From Verrucomicrobiia bacterium (lineage in GTDB: Bacteria; Verrucomicrobiota; Verrucomicrobiia; Limisphaerales; JAEYXS01): a stretch of 64,000 nt of DNA. The translations under genes and the position numbers were made by a program. Positions 44,379-54,151 of the stretch are shown in pieces (positions within the stretch are counted from its first letter, which is position 1; each line of letters opens with the position of its first letter). Location of the stretch: positions 1 through 64,000 of the forward strand of contig DASWYF010000033.1 in the NCBI GenBank assembly GCA_036405135.1. Reading direction: 5' to 3'. The notes below the pieces were generated by a model that was given only the letters and a program-made list of their open reading frames with translations, was not told where the DNA came from and made no database searches.

Positions 44379-47117
44379 ATGACCACTCGCCGAATTCTCG
44401 CCTGTGCCTTGGGCGTCGCTGCGCTCAGCATGGGCTCACATGCGCAGAATCAGCCCAAGCCTGCTGCCGCTGCACCTGCATCTGAGCAAAAACCCGTCAT
44501 TGTCCCCACGGAAATGTTCGCTGTGCCCGAAGGCCTCGAAGTCACCGTTTGGGCCACCTCGCCGATGCTGCACAATCCCACAAATATCGATACCGATGAA
44601 GCGGGCCGCATCTGGGTTTGCGAAGGTGTGAACTATCGCAGTCATGCGGGGCGCCGTCCGGAAGGCGATCGCATCATGGTGCTGCAAGACACGGATGGCG
44701 ATGGCAAGGCGGACAAGAGCCATGTGTTCGTGCAGGAGAAATTTCTGGAAGCGCCGCTAGGCATCGCCGTGATGGATAACAAGATCATCGTCTCGCAGAC
44801 GCCGAGCATGATCGTCTACACGGATGTGAACCGGAACCAGGTGTTCGATGCCGGTGACAAGCGCGAGGTGCTGCTTACGGGTATCAATGGTCGTAATCAC
44901 GATCACAGCCTCCACTCCGTCACTGCTGGGCCCGATGGCTTGTGGTATTGGAATAGCGGCAACTGCGGTGCGGTGTTCACGGACAAATCCGGCAAGACCT
45001 TCCGCATCGGCAGCCCTTACATGCCGAATTTGCGGAAGGAAGACGTGACCTTCGATCCGACGAAGATCGCGGGCAGCAAGAGCGATGATGGCAACGTGTG
45101 GATCGGCGGTTTTTCCGCGCGTATGAAGCCGGACGGCACTTACACCGAGATCATCGGTCATAATTACCGCAACAGCTACGAGCAATCGGTTTCCTCGCTC
45201 GGCGATGTTTTCCAAAATGACAACGATGATCCCCCGGCGTGCCGCGTCAGCTACGTGATGGAATACGGCAACGCGGGCTTCGCCTCTCGTGATGGCAAGC
45301 GCGCCTGGCGTGCGGACATGCGCCCGGGCCAGACGATCCAAAAAGCGGAGTGGCGCCAAGATGATCCGGGTACCATGCCTGCTGGCGATGTGTATGGCGG
45401 TGGTTCCCCGACGGGTGTGGCCTTCTATGAGAACGGTGCGCTCGGTAAGAAGTGGGAAGGCCAAGGCCTCCTGCTTACTTGCGAGGCCGGTCGTAACGTG
45501 GTGTTCGGCTATGTGCCGAAGCTCTCGGGTGCGGGCTTCCAACTGGATCGCTTCGACTTCCTCACCTCAAACAAAGAGAAGCAGTTTGCTGGTTCCGACT
45601 TCCTCGGTGGCAATAACAGCGTGAACCATGAGATGAAAACGCTGTTCCGTCCGTCAGATGTGCTCGTGGGTGCGGATGGTGCGTTGTATGTGTCGGATTG
45701 GTTCGATGCCCGCGTAGGTGGTCATGCTGACTTGGATAGCACGTTGTCTGGCACGATCTATCGCATCGCGCCGAAGGGCTTCAAACCCAAGATCCCGAAG
45801 TATGACCTGAGCACGACGGCTGGCCAGATCGAAGCACTCAAGAGCCCGGCGGTGAATGTACGCAACCTCGGTTTCACACGCTTGCAAGAACAAGGCGAGA
45901 AGGCCGTGCCTGCGGTGAGCAAAGTGCTGAACGACAGCAACAAGTTCATCGCCGCCCGCGCCATCTGGCTCCTTGCGCAGATGGGACCGAAGGGTGTGGC
46001 GAAGGTGGAAACGCTCTTGAAGGACAAAGACGAAGAGACGCGCATCGTGGCTTACCGCGCGCTGCGTCGCAGTGGTTATGACATCGTCACGCTGGCCAAT
46101 CGCATGGTGTATGATCCATCAGCGGCAGTGCGTCGTGAAGTAGCGTTGTCCTTGCGCGATCAACCGTTGAACCAGAAGCAGGAGTTGCTCGTGCGTTTGG
46201 CGGAGCAGTTCGATGGCAAGGACCGCACTTATCTCGAAGCGTTCGGCACGGCAGCGGACAATCAATCACCAGCAATCTACGCCGCTGTGGCGCAGAAGCT
46301 GGGCAACGGCAAGGCATCAACAGACTGGAGCGACAGCCTCGGTTGGATCGCTTGGCGCTTGGGCCCGCCCAAGGCTGTAGCGGACATGAAAGCGCGGGCG
46401 CTTTCTGCCAGCGTTTCGTCCGATCAACGCAAGCGCATGATGGATGGCATCGCATTCATCAAGACGCGTGAGGCCGCGATGGCCATGGTGGAGCTGGCAC
46501 AGGCGAAGGATTTCCCGCTCAAGGGCGAGGCGATGTGGTGGCTCTTCAACCGCATGGGCAATGATTGGAAGGAATTCGGCGTGGCCGAAGCCTTGAAGAA
46601 GAACGGGCTGTATGATCCGGAGACCGTGCAGATCTCTCCGGTGGAGATGCCTCCTGCTCCAACGACTCCATCCAAGCTGCCGCCGATCAAGGAAATCTTG
46701 GCGCTCAAGGGCGACGTGGCCAAGGGCAAGACGGCGGTGGTGGTCTGCTACACCTGCCATCGTATGGGTGATCAAGGCACGGACTTCGGTCCAGACCTTA
46801 CCCAGTTTGGCAAACAACAGACGCGTGAAGTGGTCTTGAACGCGATGATCAATCCGTCATCGGAGATCGCCCATGGCTTTGATGGCAGCGAACTGATCGC
46901 CAAGGATGGTGCGATCGTCCACGGCATGGTGTTGGCGAATGGTGACCCGGTCATCATCAAGTCCATGGCTGGCCAGACGCAGACGATCCCGCGCAGCAAG
47001 ATCAAGAGCGTGAAGAAGCTGGACCGTTCGCTAATGTTCAGCGCAGACATGCTGGGCCTGAGCGCGCAGGATCTGGCGGACATCACGGCTTACATGCAGT
47101 CGAATGAGTTGAAGTAA
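44379..47117 (+). CDS. Membrane-bound-dehydrogenase-like beta-propeller / HEAT repeat / cytochrome c (CxxCH) protein
   Basis: Start MTTRRILACALGVAALSMGSHA (signal). An N-terminal propeller like the 36237-38609 protein, a HEAT-like middle region, and a C-terminal VVCYTCHRMG heme-binding CxxCH. This is a classic PVC domain arrangement. Confidence 0.8.
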   Translation: MTTRRILACALGVAALSMGSHAQNQPKPAAAAPASEQKPVIVPTEMFAVPEGLEVTVWATSPMLHNPTNIDTDEAGRIWVCEGVNYRSHAGRRPEGDRIMVLQDTDGDGKADKSHVFVQEKFLEAPLGIAVMDNKIIVSQTPSMIVYTDVNRNQVFDAGDKREVLLTGINGRNHDHSLHSVTAGPDGLWYWNSGNCGAVFTDKSGKTFRIGSPYMPNLRKEDVTFDPTKIAGSKSDDGNVWIGGFSARMKPDGTYTEIIGHNYRNSYEQSVSSLGDVFQNDNDDPPACRVSYVMEYGNAGFASRDGKRAWRADMRPGQTIQKAEWRQDDPGTMPAGDVYGGGSPTGVAFYENGALGKKWEGQGLLLTCEAGRNVVFGYVPKLSGAGFQLDRFDFLTSNKEKQFAGSDFLGGNNSVNHEMKTLFRPSDVLVGADGALYVSDWFDARVGGHADLDSTLSGTIYRIAPKGFKPKIPKYDLSTTAGQIEALKSPAVNVRNLGFTRLQEQGEKAVPAVSKVLNDSNKFIAARAIWLLAQMGPKGVAKVETLLKDKDEETRIVAYRALRRSGYDIVTLANRMVYDPSAAVRREVALSLRDQPLNQKQELLVRLAEQFDGKDRTYLEAFGTAADNQSPAIYAAVAQKLGNGKASTDWSDSLGWIAWRLGPPKAVADMKARALSASVSSDQRKRMMDGIAFIKTREAAMAMVELAQAKDFPLKGEAMWWLFNRMGNDWKEFGVAEALKKNGLYDPETVQISPVEMPPAPTTPSKLPPIKEILALKGDVAKGKTAVVVCYTCHRMGDQGTDFGPDLTQFGKQQTREVVLNAMINPSSEIAHGFDGSELIAKDGAIVHGMVLANGDPVIIKSMAGQTQTIPRSKIKSVKKLDRSLMFSADMLGLSAQDLADITAYMQSNELK

Positions 47118-47143
47118 GGGGCAGGAACTTTTGAAACAAGAAA

Positions 47144-47179
47144 ACCGCGTCCAAGAGATTGGACGCGGTTTGTCTTTTC
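47144..47179 (+). terminator. Rho-independent terminator
   Basis: aaccgcgtccaagagattggacgcggtttgtcttttc. Confidence 0.65.
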
Positions 47180-47184
47180 AGGAT

Positions 47185-47345
47185 TAGAGCGCTTTAAAAA
47201 ACAGTGTGGTCGATTGGGACGAGGCTTTGGCGAAGGAGCAGGTTCCAAAGTCTCTGCGACTGCGCCGAAACGAAGCCAGAACCCAAAAAAGACTGCCCGC
47301 TTCGCTCCCCAAGACAATCGGCTACAGTATTTTTTACCGCTCTAG
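47185..47345. mobile_element. MITE-like repeat family 2, copy 2
   Basis: ttagagcgctttaaaaaacagtgtgg ... ctacagtattttttaccgctctag. The internal ggcgaggctttggcgaaggagcaggttccaaag..gactgcccgcttcgctcccca is shared with copy 1. Confidence 0.65.
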
Positions 47346-47788
47346 CCACAGATCAAACCCAGATGGGGCTGATCATTACCCATAAGTCTCGAGCGCTTGG
47401 AATAACGGGCATTTTCGATGGCCGGTTCGATTTTCGAGTTCGGCGGTGAAGGCCAAAGTTAGGGCAAAGCGGCAGCTTTGCCCCACCATAAGAGGGAACA
47501 GCGAGCCTTGGATCGCTCTTTTCTCGCCAAAATATTTGTGGGTAATGCTCAGCCGAAGGGAAGGAGGCAGCTAGGTTTGGCGGGTTCCAGCCTGTCGGAG
47601 AGTGATATGGTCGGGATATATCTAAGATCGAACCACATGCTGCCTGACGGATGCCCCGCTCCTGCCGTTATGACGGCGGCAGCACACTGAAGGCAGTCCG
47701 CAGATGCGCCAGCAGTTTCAGCTTTTCGGTTTCTTGGATTGCGTGATGAATCGGGAGGCTTATGCTTTGCCTTTTATCAGGCAAAGCT

Positions 47789-49246
47789 ATGCAGACGTAT
47801 CAGAATTTCATCGGCGGGGAATGGGTTCCGGCCAAGTCCGGCCAGGCATTTCAAAACACGAATCCGGCGAACACGCGCGAAGTAGTGGCGCAATACGCCC
47901 AGAGCGGCCAGCCGGATGCCGTGGCTGCGATCGAAGCGGCGAAGGCCGCTTTGGCCGGGTGGTCGGCTGCAACTTCAGTCGCACGCGGTCGCGTGTTGAG
48001 CAAGGCCAGCCAGCTGATCGAAGCGCGCAAGCCCGAACTCGCCAAGCTCCTCACGCAGGAAGAAGGCAAGACGCTCGCGGAAGCCACGGGTGAGGTGCAG
48101 CGCACGGCGGATATCTTCCGCTTTTTTGGCGGCTTGAGCTACACCGTGGGAGGTCAGACGATCCCGCACGATCTGCCGAACAACTTGCTTTACACGCGTC
48201 GTGAACCAGTCGGTGTGGTCGCGCTCATCACGCCGTGGAATTTCCCGATCGCCATTCCGGCGTGGAAGATGGCCCCGGCACTGCTCTGCGGTAACACCGT
48301 GATCATCAAACCAGCCTCCCAGGCACCAGCGATGACGATGGAGCTGGCGAAAGTCTTGACGGAAGCGGGGTTGCCGAAAGGTGTGCTGAACGTGGTGACG
48401 GGTGATGGCCGGGCCGTCGGTACGGAGCTTTCCACGAATCCGCACGTTGCTGCGCTCTCATTTACCGGTTCGCACAAGGTGGGTTCGGCGGTATATCAGC
48501 AGCTCGCCAAGAACATGACGCGCGCGCAGATGGAGATGGGCGGCAAGAACCCGACCATCGTCCTCGCGGATGCGGATCTCGATCTCGCTGCGCGTCTGGT
48601 GGCCATCGCAGGCTTCGGTCTCACCGGCCAGGCTTGTACGGCCACGAGCCGGGTGATCGTGGAGAAGAGCGTGGCGGAAGCGTTCACTGCGAAGCTGGTC
48701 GAGAAGGCGAAAGCCATCAAGGTGGGCAATGGCTTGAGCGAAGGTGTGACGATGGGGCCAACCGTGAACGAACAGGAGTTCAAGGGCAACTTGGACTACA
48801 TCGACATCGCGGTGAAGGAAGGCGCTACGCTCGCCTGGGGCGGCCAACGCCTCACGGAAGGCGATCTCGCACACGGTTACTTCATGCAGCCCGCGGTGCT
48901 CACGGGTGTGACACCGACGATGCGCATCGCACAGGAAGAAGTGTTCGGCCCAGTCGTCGCGATCATCCCGGTGGAGAGCTTTGAAGAAGCCATGACGGTG
49001 GCCAACGGTGTGGATGTGGGCCTGTCCGCAGCCATCGTGACGAAGGACATCAAGAAGGCCATGATCTATTCCGAGCGCATCCAGGCCGGCGTGGTTAAGG
49101 TAAACCAGATCTCGACCGGGCTGGCGCTGCAGGCGCCGTTCGGCGGGGTAAAGAAATCCAGCACGGATTCCTTCAAGGAGCAGGGGGCGGGCGCGATCGA
49201 GTTCTATTCGCGCATCAAGACCGTGTATCTGGATTACTCGGCTTAA
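47789..49246 (+). CDS. NAD(P)-dependent aldehyde dehydrogenase (alpha-ketoglutarate-semialdehyde-dehydrogenase-like)
   Basis: Start MQTYQNFIGGEWV, typical of the ALDH N-terminus. Catalytic region ..EMGGKNP.. and the Cys motif GQACTA. Confidence 0.85.
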   Translation: MQTYQNFIGGEWVPAKSGQAFQNTNPANTREVVAQYAQSGQPDAVAAIEAAKAALAGWSAATSVARGRVLSKASQLIEARKPELAKLLTQEEGKTLAEATGEVQRTADIFRFFGGLSYTVGGQTIPHDLPNNLLYTRREPVGVVALITPWNFPIAIPAWKMAPALLCGNTVIIKPASQAPAMTMELAKVLTEAGLPKGVLNVVTGDGRAVGTELSTNPHVAALSFTGSHKVGSAVYQQLAKNMTRAQMEMGGKNPTIVLADADLDLAARLVAIAGFGLTGQACTATSRVIVEKSVAEAFTAKLVEKAKAIKVGNGLSEGVTMGPTVNEQEFKGNLDYIDIAVKEGATLAWGGQRLTEGDLAHGYFMQPAVLTGVTPTMRIAQEEVFGPVVAIIPVESFEEAMTVANGVDVGLSAAIVTKDIKKAMIYSERIQAGVVKVNQISTGLALQAPFGGVKKSSTDSFKEQGAGAIEFYSRIKTVYLDYSA

Positions 49247-49321
49247 ACCCATTCAACAGACTAAGAAAAAGATCGGGCATCCGAGTTGGGGCGGGATGCC
49301 GGGATCAAGAGAAAGATAGAT

Positions 49322-50182
49322 ATGTTCAAACTCTGCCGTTATCTGAATACGAAGTCCCAGATCCGCATCGGTCTGGTGCATGATGACAACACCGTTTCGG
49401 ATCTTACCTCTGCCGGTGTGGAATTGATGACCCCTTTGCTGGAGAGCGAAGATCTGATCGCGCGTCTAACGGGCCTGTCGAAGACAGACATGCCGAAGCG
49501 CCCACTATCTGAAGTGAAGTTGCTTTCGCCTGTCGAACGCCAAGAGGTTTGGGCCGCCGGTGTCACCTATCTGCGCAGCAAGAAAGCGCGCATGGACGAA
49601 TCCGAGTTCAGCGCCTGCGCATACGATCGCGTGTATGACGCCGAGCGCCCGGAAATCTTCTTCAAATCCATGCCGGAAAAGACGGTACCGACCGGTGATG
49701 ACGTCGGTATCCGTCGCGATGCGAAGTGGAACGTGCCGGAGCCGGAACTGGCTCTGGTGATCAATTCGCGTGGCGGCATCGTCGGCTACACTATCGGCAA
49801 TGACATGAGCTCGCGTGACATCGAGGGTGAGAACCTGCTCTATCTCCCGCAGGCCAAGATGTATGATCGCTCCTGCGCGGTCGGGCCTTTTGTCGTGGTC
49901 GGTGTCACTGAAGAAATCGTGCGCACTTGGAAGATCGGCGTGGAGATCCAGCGCCTCGGCAAAACGGTCTTCTCAGGCGAAACGTCCATTGATCAGATCA
50001 AGCGCACGTTCAAAGAGCTAGCAGGTTTCCTCTGCCGTTCACAAACATTCCCTCATGGGGCGCTGTTGCTCACGGGCACAGGCATCGTGCCGAATGATGA
50101 CTTCACCCTGCAGCAAAAGGATGTGGTGCGCATCACTGTGTCCGGCATCGGAACACTTGTGAATCCGGTGGCGATCGTGTAA
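49322..50182 (+). CDS. Fumarylacetoacetate hydrolase (FAH) family protein
   Basis: Start MFKLCRYLN. FAH-fold motifs (..PEIFFKSMPEKTV.., ..NDMSSRDIEGEN..). Paired with the ALDH gene. Confidence 0.75.
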   Translation: MFKLCRYLNTKSQIRIGLVHDDNTVSDLTSAGVELMTPLLESEDLIARLTGLSKTDMPKRPLSEVKLLSPVERQEVWAAGVTYLRSKKARMDESEFSACAYDRVYDAERPEIFFKSMPEKTVPTGDDVGIRRDAKWNVPEPELALVINSRGGIVGYTIGNDMSSRDIEGENLLYLPQAKMYDRSCAVGPFVVVGVTEEIVRTWKIGVEIQRLGKTVFSGETSIDQIKRTFKELAGFLCRSQTFPHGALLLTGTGIVPNDDFTLQQKDVVRITVSGIGTLVNPVAIV

Positions 50183-50239
50183 AACTCGTTGTGGCCGGTC
50201 TGGCATCATTGGCAAGACCGGTAACAATTGAGGTTTTAT

Positions 50240-50962
50240 ATGCGCCGCACCATACTGGCCGTAGTCGTATTCTTGCTGGGTAATTTTTCACTACCAGCTG
50301 CTCATTGGTCTACGGACTATAACGCCGCGCTGAAGGCGGCGCAGGTCCACAAACGGCCGGTATTGATCAATTTCACCGGGTCCGACTGGTGCGGTTGGTG
50401 CATCCGGTTGAAGAACGAAGTCTTCAACACACCGGAGTTTGATGAGTTCGCCAAGAGCCGCTTGGTTTTGGTGGAGGTCGATTTCCCCAATCGCAAACCT
50501 CAGTCTGCTGCGCTGCAACAGGCCAACCAAGCCTTGCAAGAGAAATACCGCGTCACCGGCTATCCTACGCTGTTTCTGGTGGATGGATCGGGCAAGGTTC
50601 TGCAACAGCTCGGCTATATGGAAGGCGGACCGAAGGTATTCATCGAGCAATTGCTGAAAACGATGCCCGCCGCACCGCCAGCACCACCCAAGACGAACAC
50701 AGTAGTCGCGGCCCACCTCCCCGCGTCCAAAGGGCCGGTGGACAAATCGGTTTATGACAAGCTGGCCTTGAAAGGGATTTCGGGTACCGCGAAACCTGTG
50801 GCGCTGATCAATAACAAGGCATTTACTACGGGGGACAGTTTCAAACTGCACTTGGGTACTGCCAGCGTGCAGGTGACCTGCGTGAGCATCTCGGCGGATC
50901 ATGTGATGATCCGGGTGGATGGTGAGACGGAACCGCGCAAACTGGTGCTTGGAGCGAAGTAA
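50240..50962 (+). CDS. Secreted thioredoxin-like protein (WCGWC active site) with C-terminal extension
   Basis: Signal peptide, then the CxxC motif DWCGWC of a thioredoxin-fold protein. Confidence 0.65.
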   Translation: MRRTILAVVVFLLGNFSLPAAHWSTDYNAALKAAQVHKRPVLINFTGSDWCGWCIRLKNEVFNTPEFDEFAKSRLVLVEVDFPNRKPQSAALQQANQALQEKYRVTGYPTLFLVDGSGKVLQQLGYMEGGPKVFIEQLLKTMPAAPPAPPKTNTVVAAHLPASKGPVDKSVYDKLALKGISGTAKPVALINNKAFTTGDSFKLHLGTASVQVTCVSISADHVMIRVDGETEPRKLVLGAK

Positions 50963-50977
50963 TGATGCAGCGCACGA

Positions 50978-51430
50978 TTACTCGCGCAGCTTGGAATCGA
51001 TGATGATGGTCACCGGTCCGTCATTGAGGAGTGCCACTTTCATATCCGCGCCGAACTCACCGGTTTGCACTGGCTGACCCAAAGCAGTCGCCAGCGCTTT
51101 CACAAATTGCTCATACATGGGCACGGCGAATTCGGGGCGTGAGGAGCGAGTATAGGAGGGCCGATTGCCTTTGCGCGTGCTGGCGAAGAGCGTGAACTGG
51201 CTGACGACGAGCACCTGTCCTTGAGCCGCCGTGACGTCTAGGTTCATCACTCCTTCCGCATCATCGAACACACGCAAGCGCGCTACCTTGCCGGTGAGCC
51301 ATTCGATGTCTTCCGCAGCATCGGCGTCTTCGATCGCCAGGAGTACGAGCAGCCCACGGCCAATACGGCTCTTCATCTGGCCATCAATGGTCACACTCGC
51401 TTCACTCACCCGTTGGATCACTGCGCGCAT
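50978..51430 (-). CDS. dtd: D-aminoacyl-tRNA deacylase
   Basis: 150 aa. N-terminal MRAVIQRV and the SQFTL motif, characteristic of Dtd. Confidence 0.85.
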   Translation of the reverse strand: MRAVIQRVSEASVTIDGQMKSRIGRGLLVLLAIEDADAAEDIEWLTGKVARLRVFDDAEGVMNLDVTAAQGQVLVVSQFTLFASTRKGNRPSYTRSSRPEFAVPMYEQFVKALATALGQPVQTGEFGADMKVALLNDGPVTIIIDSKLRE

Positions 51431-51515
51431 GGACCATGTATAGCATTGTCACTGAACAAAATGAAGTGCGTAACGCAGGTTGCGGCGGTTGAAATGCCTG
51501 TATATTCTCTGGTGC

Positions 51516-52319
51516 ATGAACCGTCGCCGTTTTATCACCACCACTGCGGCTGCTGCCGCGATTACCGGCCTCACCTCCAACCTTTCTACTGCCATGGCTG
51601 CTGATTCCGCCAAGACCGCGAAACCTGAATACTACGAGTGGCGCACCTATTGGTTGAAGACGCCGGAGCAACTCGCCTTGGTGGAACGCCACTGGGCCAA
51701 GGCGGCGATCCCCGCGCTCAATCGATTGGGTATTCCCGCAGTCGGTGCCTTTCGCGAGCAGACGGCGACGACTCCGCTGAAATTCTGCGTGCTCATCCCT
51801 TACGTGAGCTTGGAACAATTTCAAACAGTGAACGACAAGCTGGCGGGCGATGCACAATATCAGAAAAACGGCGCTGAGTATCTGGGCGTCGAAGCCAAAG
51901 CACCCGCTTACGAACGCATCGAGAGCACGCTCATGCTGGCATTCGACGGCATGACGAAGCTCGAAGTCCCCAAGCTGAAAGGCCAGCCGCGTATGTTCGT
52001 ATTGCGCACGTACGAGAGCCACAACGAACCGGCGGGCAAAAAGAAGATCGAGATGTTCAACAAGGGCGAGATTGGCATCTTCCGCCGCACCGGTTTGACG
52101 CCTGTTTTCTTTGGCGAAACTGTCCTCGGCGCGAATCGCCCGAACCTTACCTATCTGCTCGTCTTCAAGGACATGGCCGATCATGACGCGAGCTGGAATA
52201 AGTTCCGGACAGATGCCGAATGGGTGAAGCTGAAAGCGATTCCCGAGTATGCCGATGCCAAGATCGTCTCGAAGATCGTGAAAACGTTTTTAGTCCCCGC
52301 AGAAGGTTCACAGATCTAA
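51516..52319 (+). CDS. NIPSNAP family protein with Tat signal
   Basis: MNRRRFITTTAAAAAITGL twin-arginine leader. Two dimeric alpha/beta-barrel-like halves consistent with NIPSNAP. Confidence 0.55.
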   Translation: MNRRRFITTTAAAAAITGLTSNLSTAMAADSAKTAKPEYYEWRTYWLKTPEQLALVERHWAKAAIPALNRLGIPAVGAFREQTATTPLKFCVLIPYVSLEQFQTVNDKLAGDAQYQKNGAEYLGVEAKAPAYERIESTLMLAFDGMTKLEVPKLKGQPRMFVLRTYESHNEPAGKKKIEMFNKGEIGIFRRTGLTPVFFGETVLGANRPNLTYLLVFKDMADHDASWNKFRTDAEWVKLKAIPEYADAKIVSKIVKTFLVPAEGSQI

Positions 52320-52335
52320 AGCAGCGAAATACATC

Positions 52336-53418
52336 ATGAACCGCCGCGATTTTATCACTGGTTCGGGAGCTGCATTAGGTGCGGCGGCATTGTTGCCACA
52401 CACGGTACTCGCCCAACCCGCAGGGCGATCAGGCAAAATCAAGATCGGCCAGATCGGAACGGGTCATGCGCATGCAGCGGGCAAGCTCGCGGCCATCCGA
52501 AAATTCCCGGAACACTTCGAACTCGTCGGCGTGGTAGAGCCTGATCCTGAGCAGCGTGAGAAAGCGATGCGCGACAAAGCGTATCAAGATGTCACCTGGC
52601 TTACAGAGGAGCAATTGCTCAACAGCAAAGGACTTCAAGCAGTTGCCGTGGAGACGGAAGTGAAAGACCTGCTGAACACGGCGGAGAAATGCATCGCGGC
52701 AGGTAAGCACATCCATCTCGACAAACCGGCGGGTGAAAAGTTTTCGCATTTTCAAAAGATCGTGGAGAATGCGCGCAAACAAAAGCTCACCATCCAGATG
52801 GGTTACATGCTGCGCTACAATCCGGGCGTGCAGCTCTGCTATCGCGCCGCAAAGGAAGGCTGGCTGGGACGTGTATTCTCCATTGAGGCGGCGATGAGCA
52901 AGGCGTTGGATAAAAATTCTCGCGAGGGGTTGAAGCGTTATCCAGGTGGTGCGTTGTTCGAGCTGGGCTGCCACGTGCTGGACTCGGCCATCTATGTGTT
53001 GGGCAAGCCACAAAAAGTGACCGCGTTCAACCGAAGCTCTTCCTCTGCCAACGATGGCTTCGCCGACAATCAGTATGCGGTATTGGAATATCCACACGCG
53101 ACGGCGGTGATCCATAGCGCGCTCGTGGAAGTAGGCGGCGAAGCGAGGCGGCAATTCACTGTGAGCGGCGAGCAAGGCACGGTGGAAGTGCGTCCGCTGG
53201 AAGCACCGAAGGCCCGCATGTCATTGGACCGCGTGCAAGGCGATTACAAGAAGGGCTGGCAAGACGTGGAGATGCCGAAGATGGGCGGCCGCTATGATTT
53301 GGAATTTCTGGATCTGGCGGCAGTCATCCGTGGTGAGAAAGCGTTCGCGTGGAGCTATGACCACGACCTCGCGGTGCAGGAGACGTTGTTGAAGGCGAGC
53401 GGGTTGAAGGTAGACTAA
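52336..53418 (+). CDS. Gfo/Idh/MocA family oxidoreductase with Tat signal
   Basis: MNRRDFITGSGAALGAAALL leader. Rossmann motif KIGQIGTGHAHA. Confidence 0.8.
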   Translation: MNRRDFITGSGAALGAAALLPHTVLAQPAGRSGKIKIGQIGTGHAHAAGKLAAIRKFPEHFELVGVVEPDPEQREKAMRDKAYQDVTWLTEEQLLNSKGLQAVAVETEVKDLLNTAEKCIAAGKHIHLDKPAGEKFSHFQKIVENARKQKLTIQMGYMLRYNPGVQLCYRAAKEGWLGRVFSIEAAMSKALDKNSREGLKRYPGGALFELGCHVLDSAIYVLGKPQKVTAFNRSSSSANDGFADNQYAVLEYPHATAVIHSALVEVGGEARRQFTVSGEQGTVEVRPLEAPKARMSLDRVQGDYKKGWQDVEMPKMGGRYDLEFLDLAAVIRGEKAFAWSYDHDLAVQETLLKASGLKVD

Positions 53419-53450
53419 TTTTCAAGCGAAGGAAAGCCTTCACGCGTGAA

Positions 53451-54026
53451 TCATCTTTGCGCCGGCTGCGCTGTCGGGAATTCCGCCTGGTAGTGTTTGA
53501 ACCGCTCCGCTACGTCGATGATGTATTGCTTTGTACCGGGGTAATCCATCGCAGTCATGAAGGCCGCGCTGTTGGTTGAAGCCGCTCCTTTGTTCCAGCG
53601 CAGCACATGGGTGCGACCCGCATTGTAGTCTGCCAGTGCATAGGGGAGCGGGTCATCTGTGTGCAGATAACGGCGCATCAATTTGCGCAGATACCAGGTG
53701 CCCGCGAGCGTGTTCAGTTTTGGGTCAAGGAGGTCTTTGTGTTCGAAGCCTTTTCGCTTCTCCGCTTCCGCCCATTCCATGGCGGCAGGTTCACGGATCT
53801 GCATGAGGCCGAGCTCTTGTGCGGAGCCTCGTGCATCGGCATCGAAACGGCTTTCTTTCCAAACCACCGCTTTGATGAGCGCCGGGTGCATGCCGTATTT
53901 GGTCGCGGCAGCCACGATCTCATTATCGTAGCGATGCTCTTTCTTTTGTGTCAGCCACAAGAATAGGAAGAGACCGTCCACAAGCGCGAGCACCAGGAAG
54001 AACCAGAGCCATTTGCGCTTGCGCAT
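53451..54026 (-). CDS. Lytic transglycosylase (SLT domain) protein
   Basis: N-terminal TM helix. SLT catalytic region ..KESRFDADARGSAQELGLMQI.. with the conserved ES and GLMQ motifs. Confidence 0.7.
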   Translation of the reverse strand: MRKRKWLWFFLVLALVDGLFLFLWLTQKKEHRYDNEIVAAATKYGMHPALIKAVVWKESRFDADARGSAQELGLMQIREPAAMEWAEAEKRKGFEHKDLLDPKLNTLAGTWYLRKLMRRYLHTDDPLPYALADYNAGRTHVLRWNKGAASTNSAAFMTAMDYPGTKQYIIDVAERFKHYQAEFPTAQPAQR

Positions 54027-54048
54027 GGGGAATCAACGATTAGGGAAT

Positions 54049-54096
54049 CACCCCTCACCCCGGCCCTCTCCCCTCCGAGGGGCGAGGGAGAAGAGG
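54049..54096. repeat. REP-like GC-rich palindromic repeat family 3, copy X3
   Basis: cacccctcaccccggccctctcccctccgaggggcgagggagaagagg. Shares cccctcacccc/ggcc/tctccc..gagggagaag with the moaD-moaE spacer copies. Confidence 0.55.
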
Positions 54097-54151
54097 TAGC
54101 GTGTCATGATGGACACGCCTTAAATTACGGAAATTTCGCTTAGCAGCTTGT

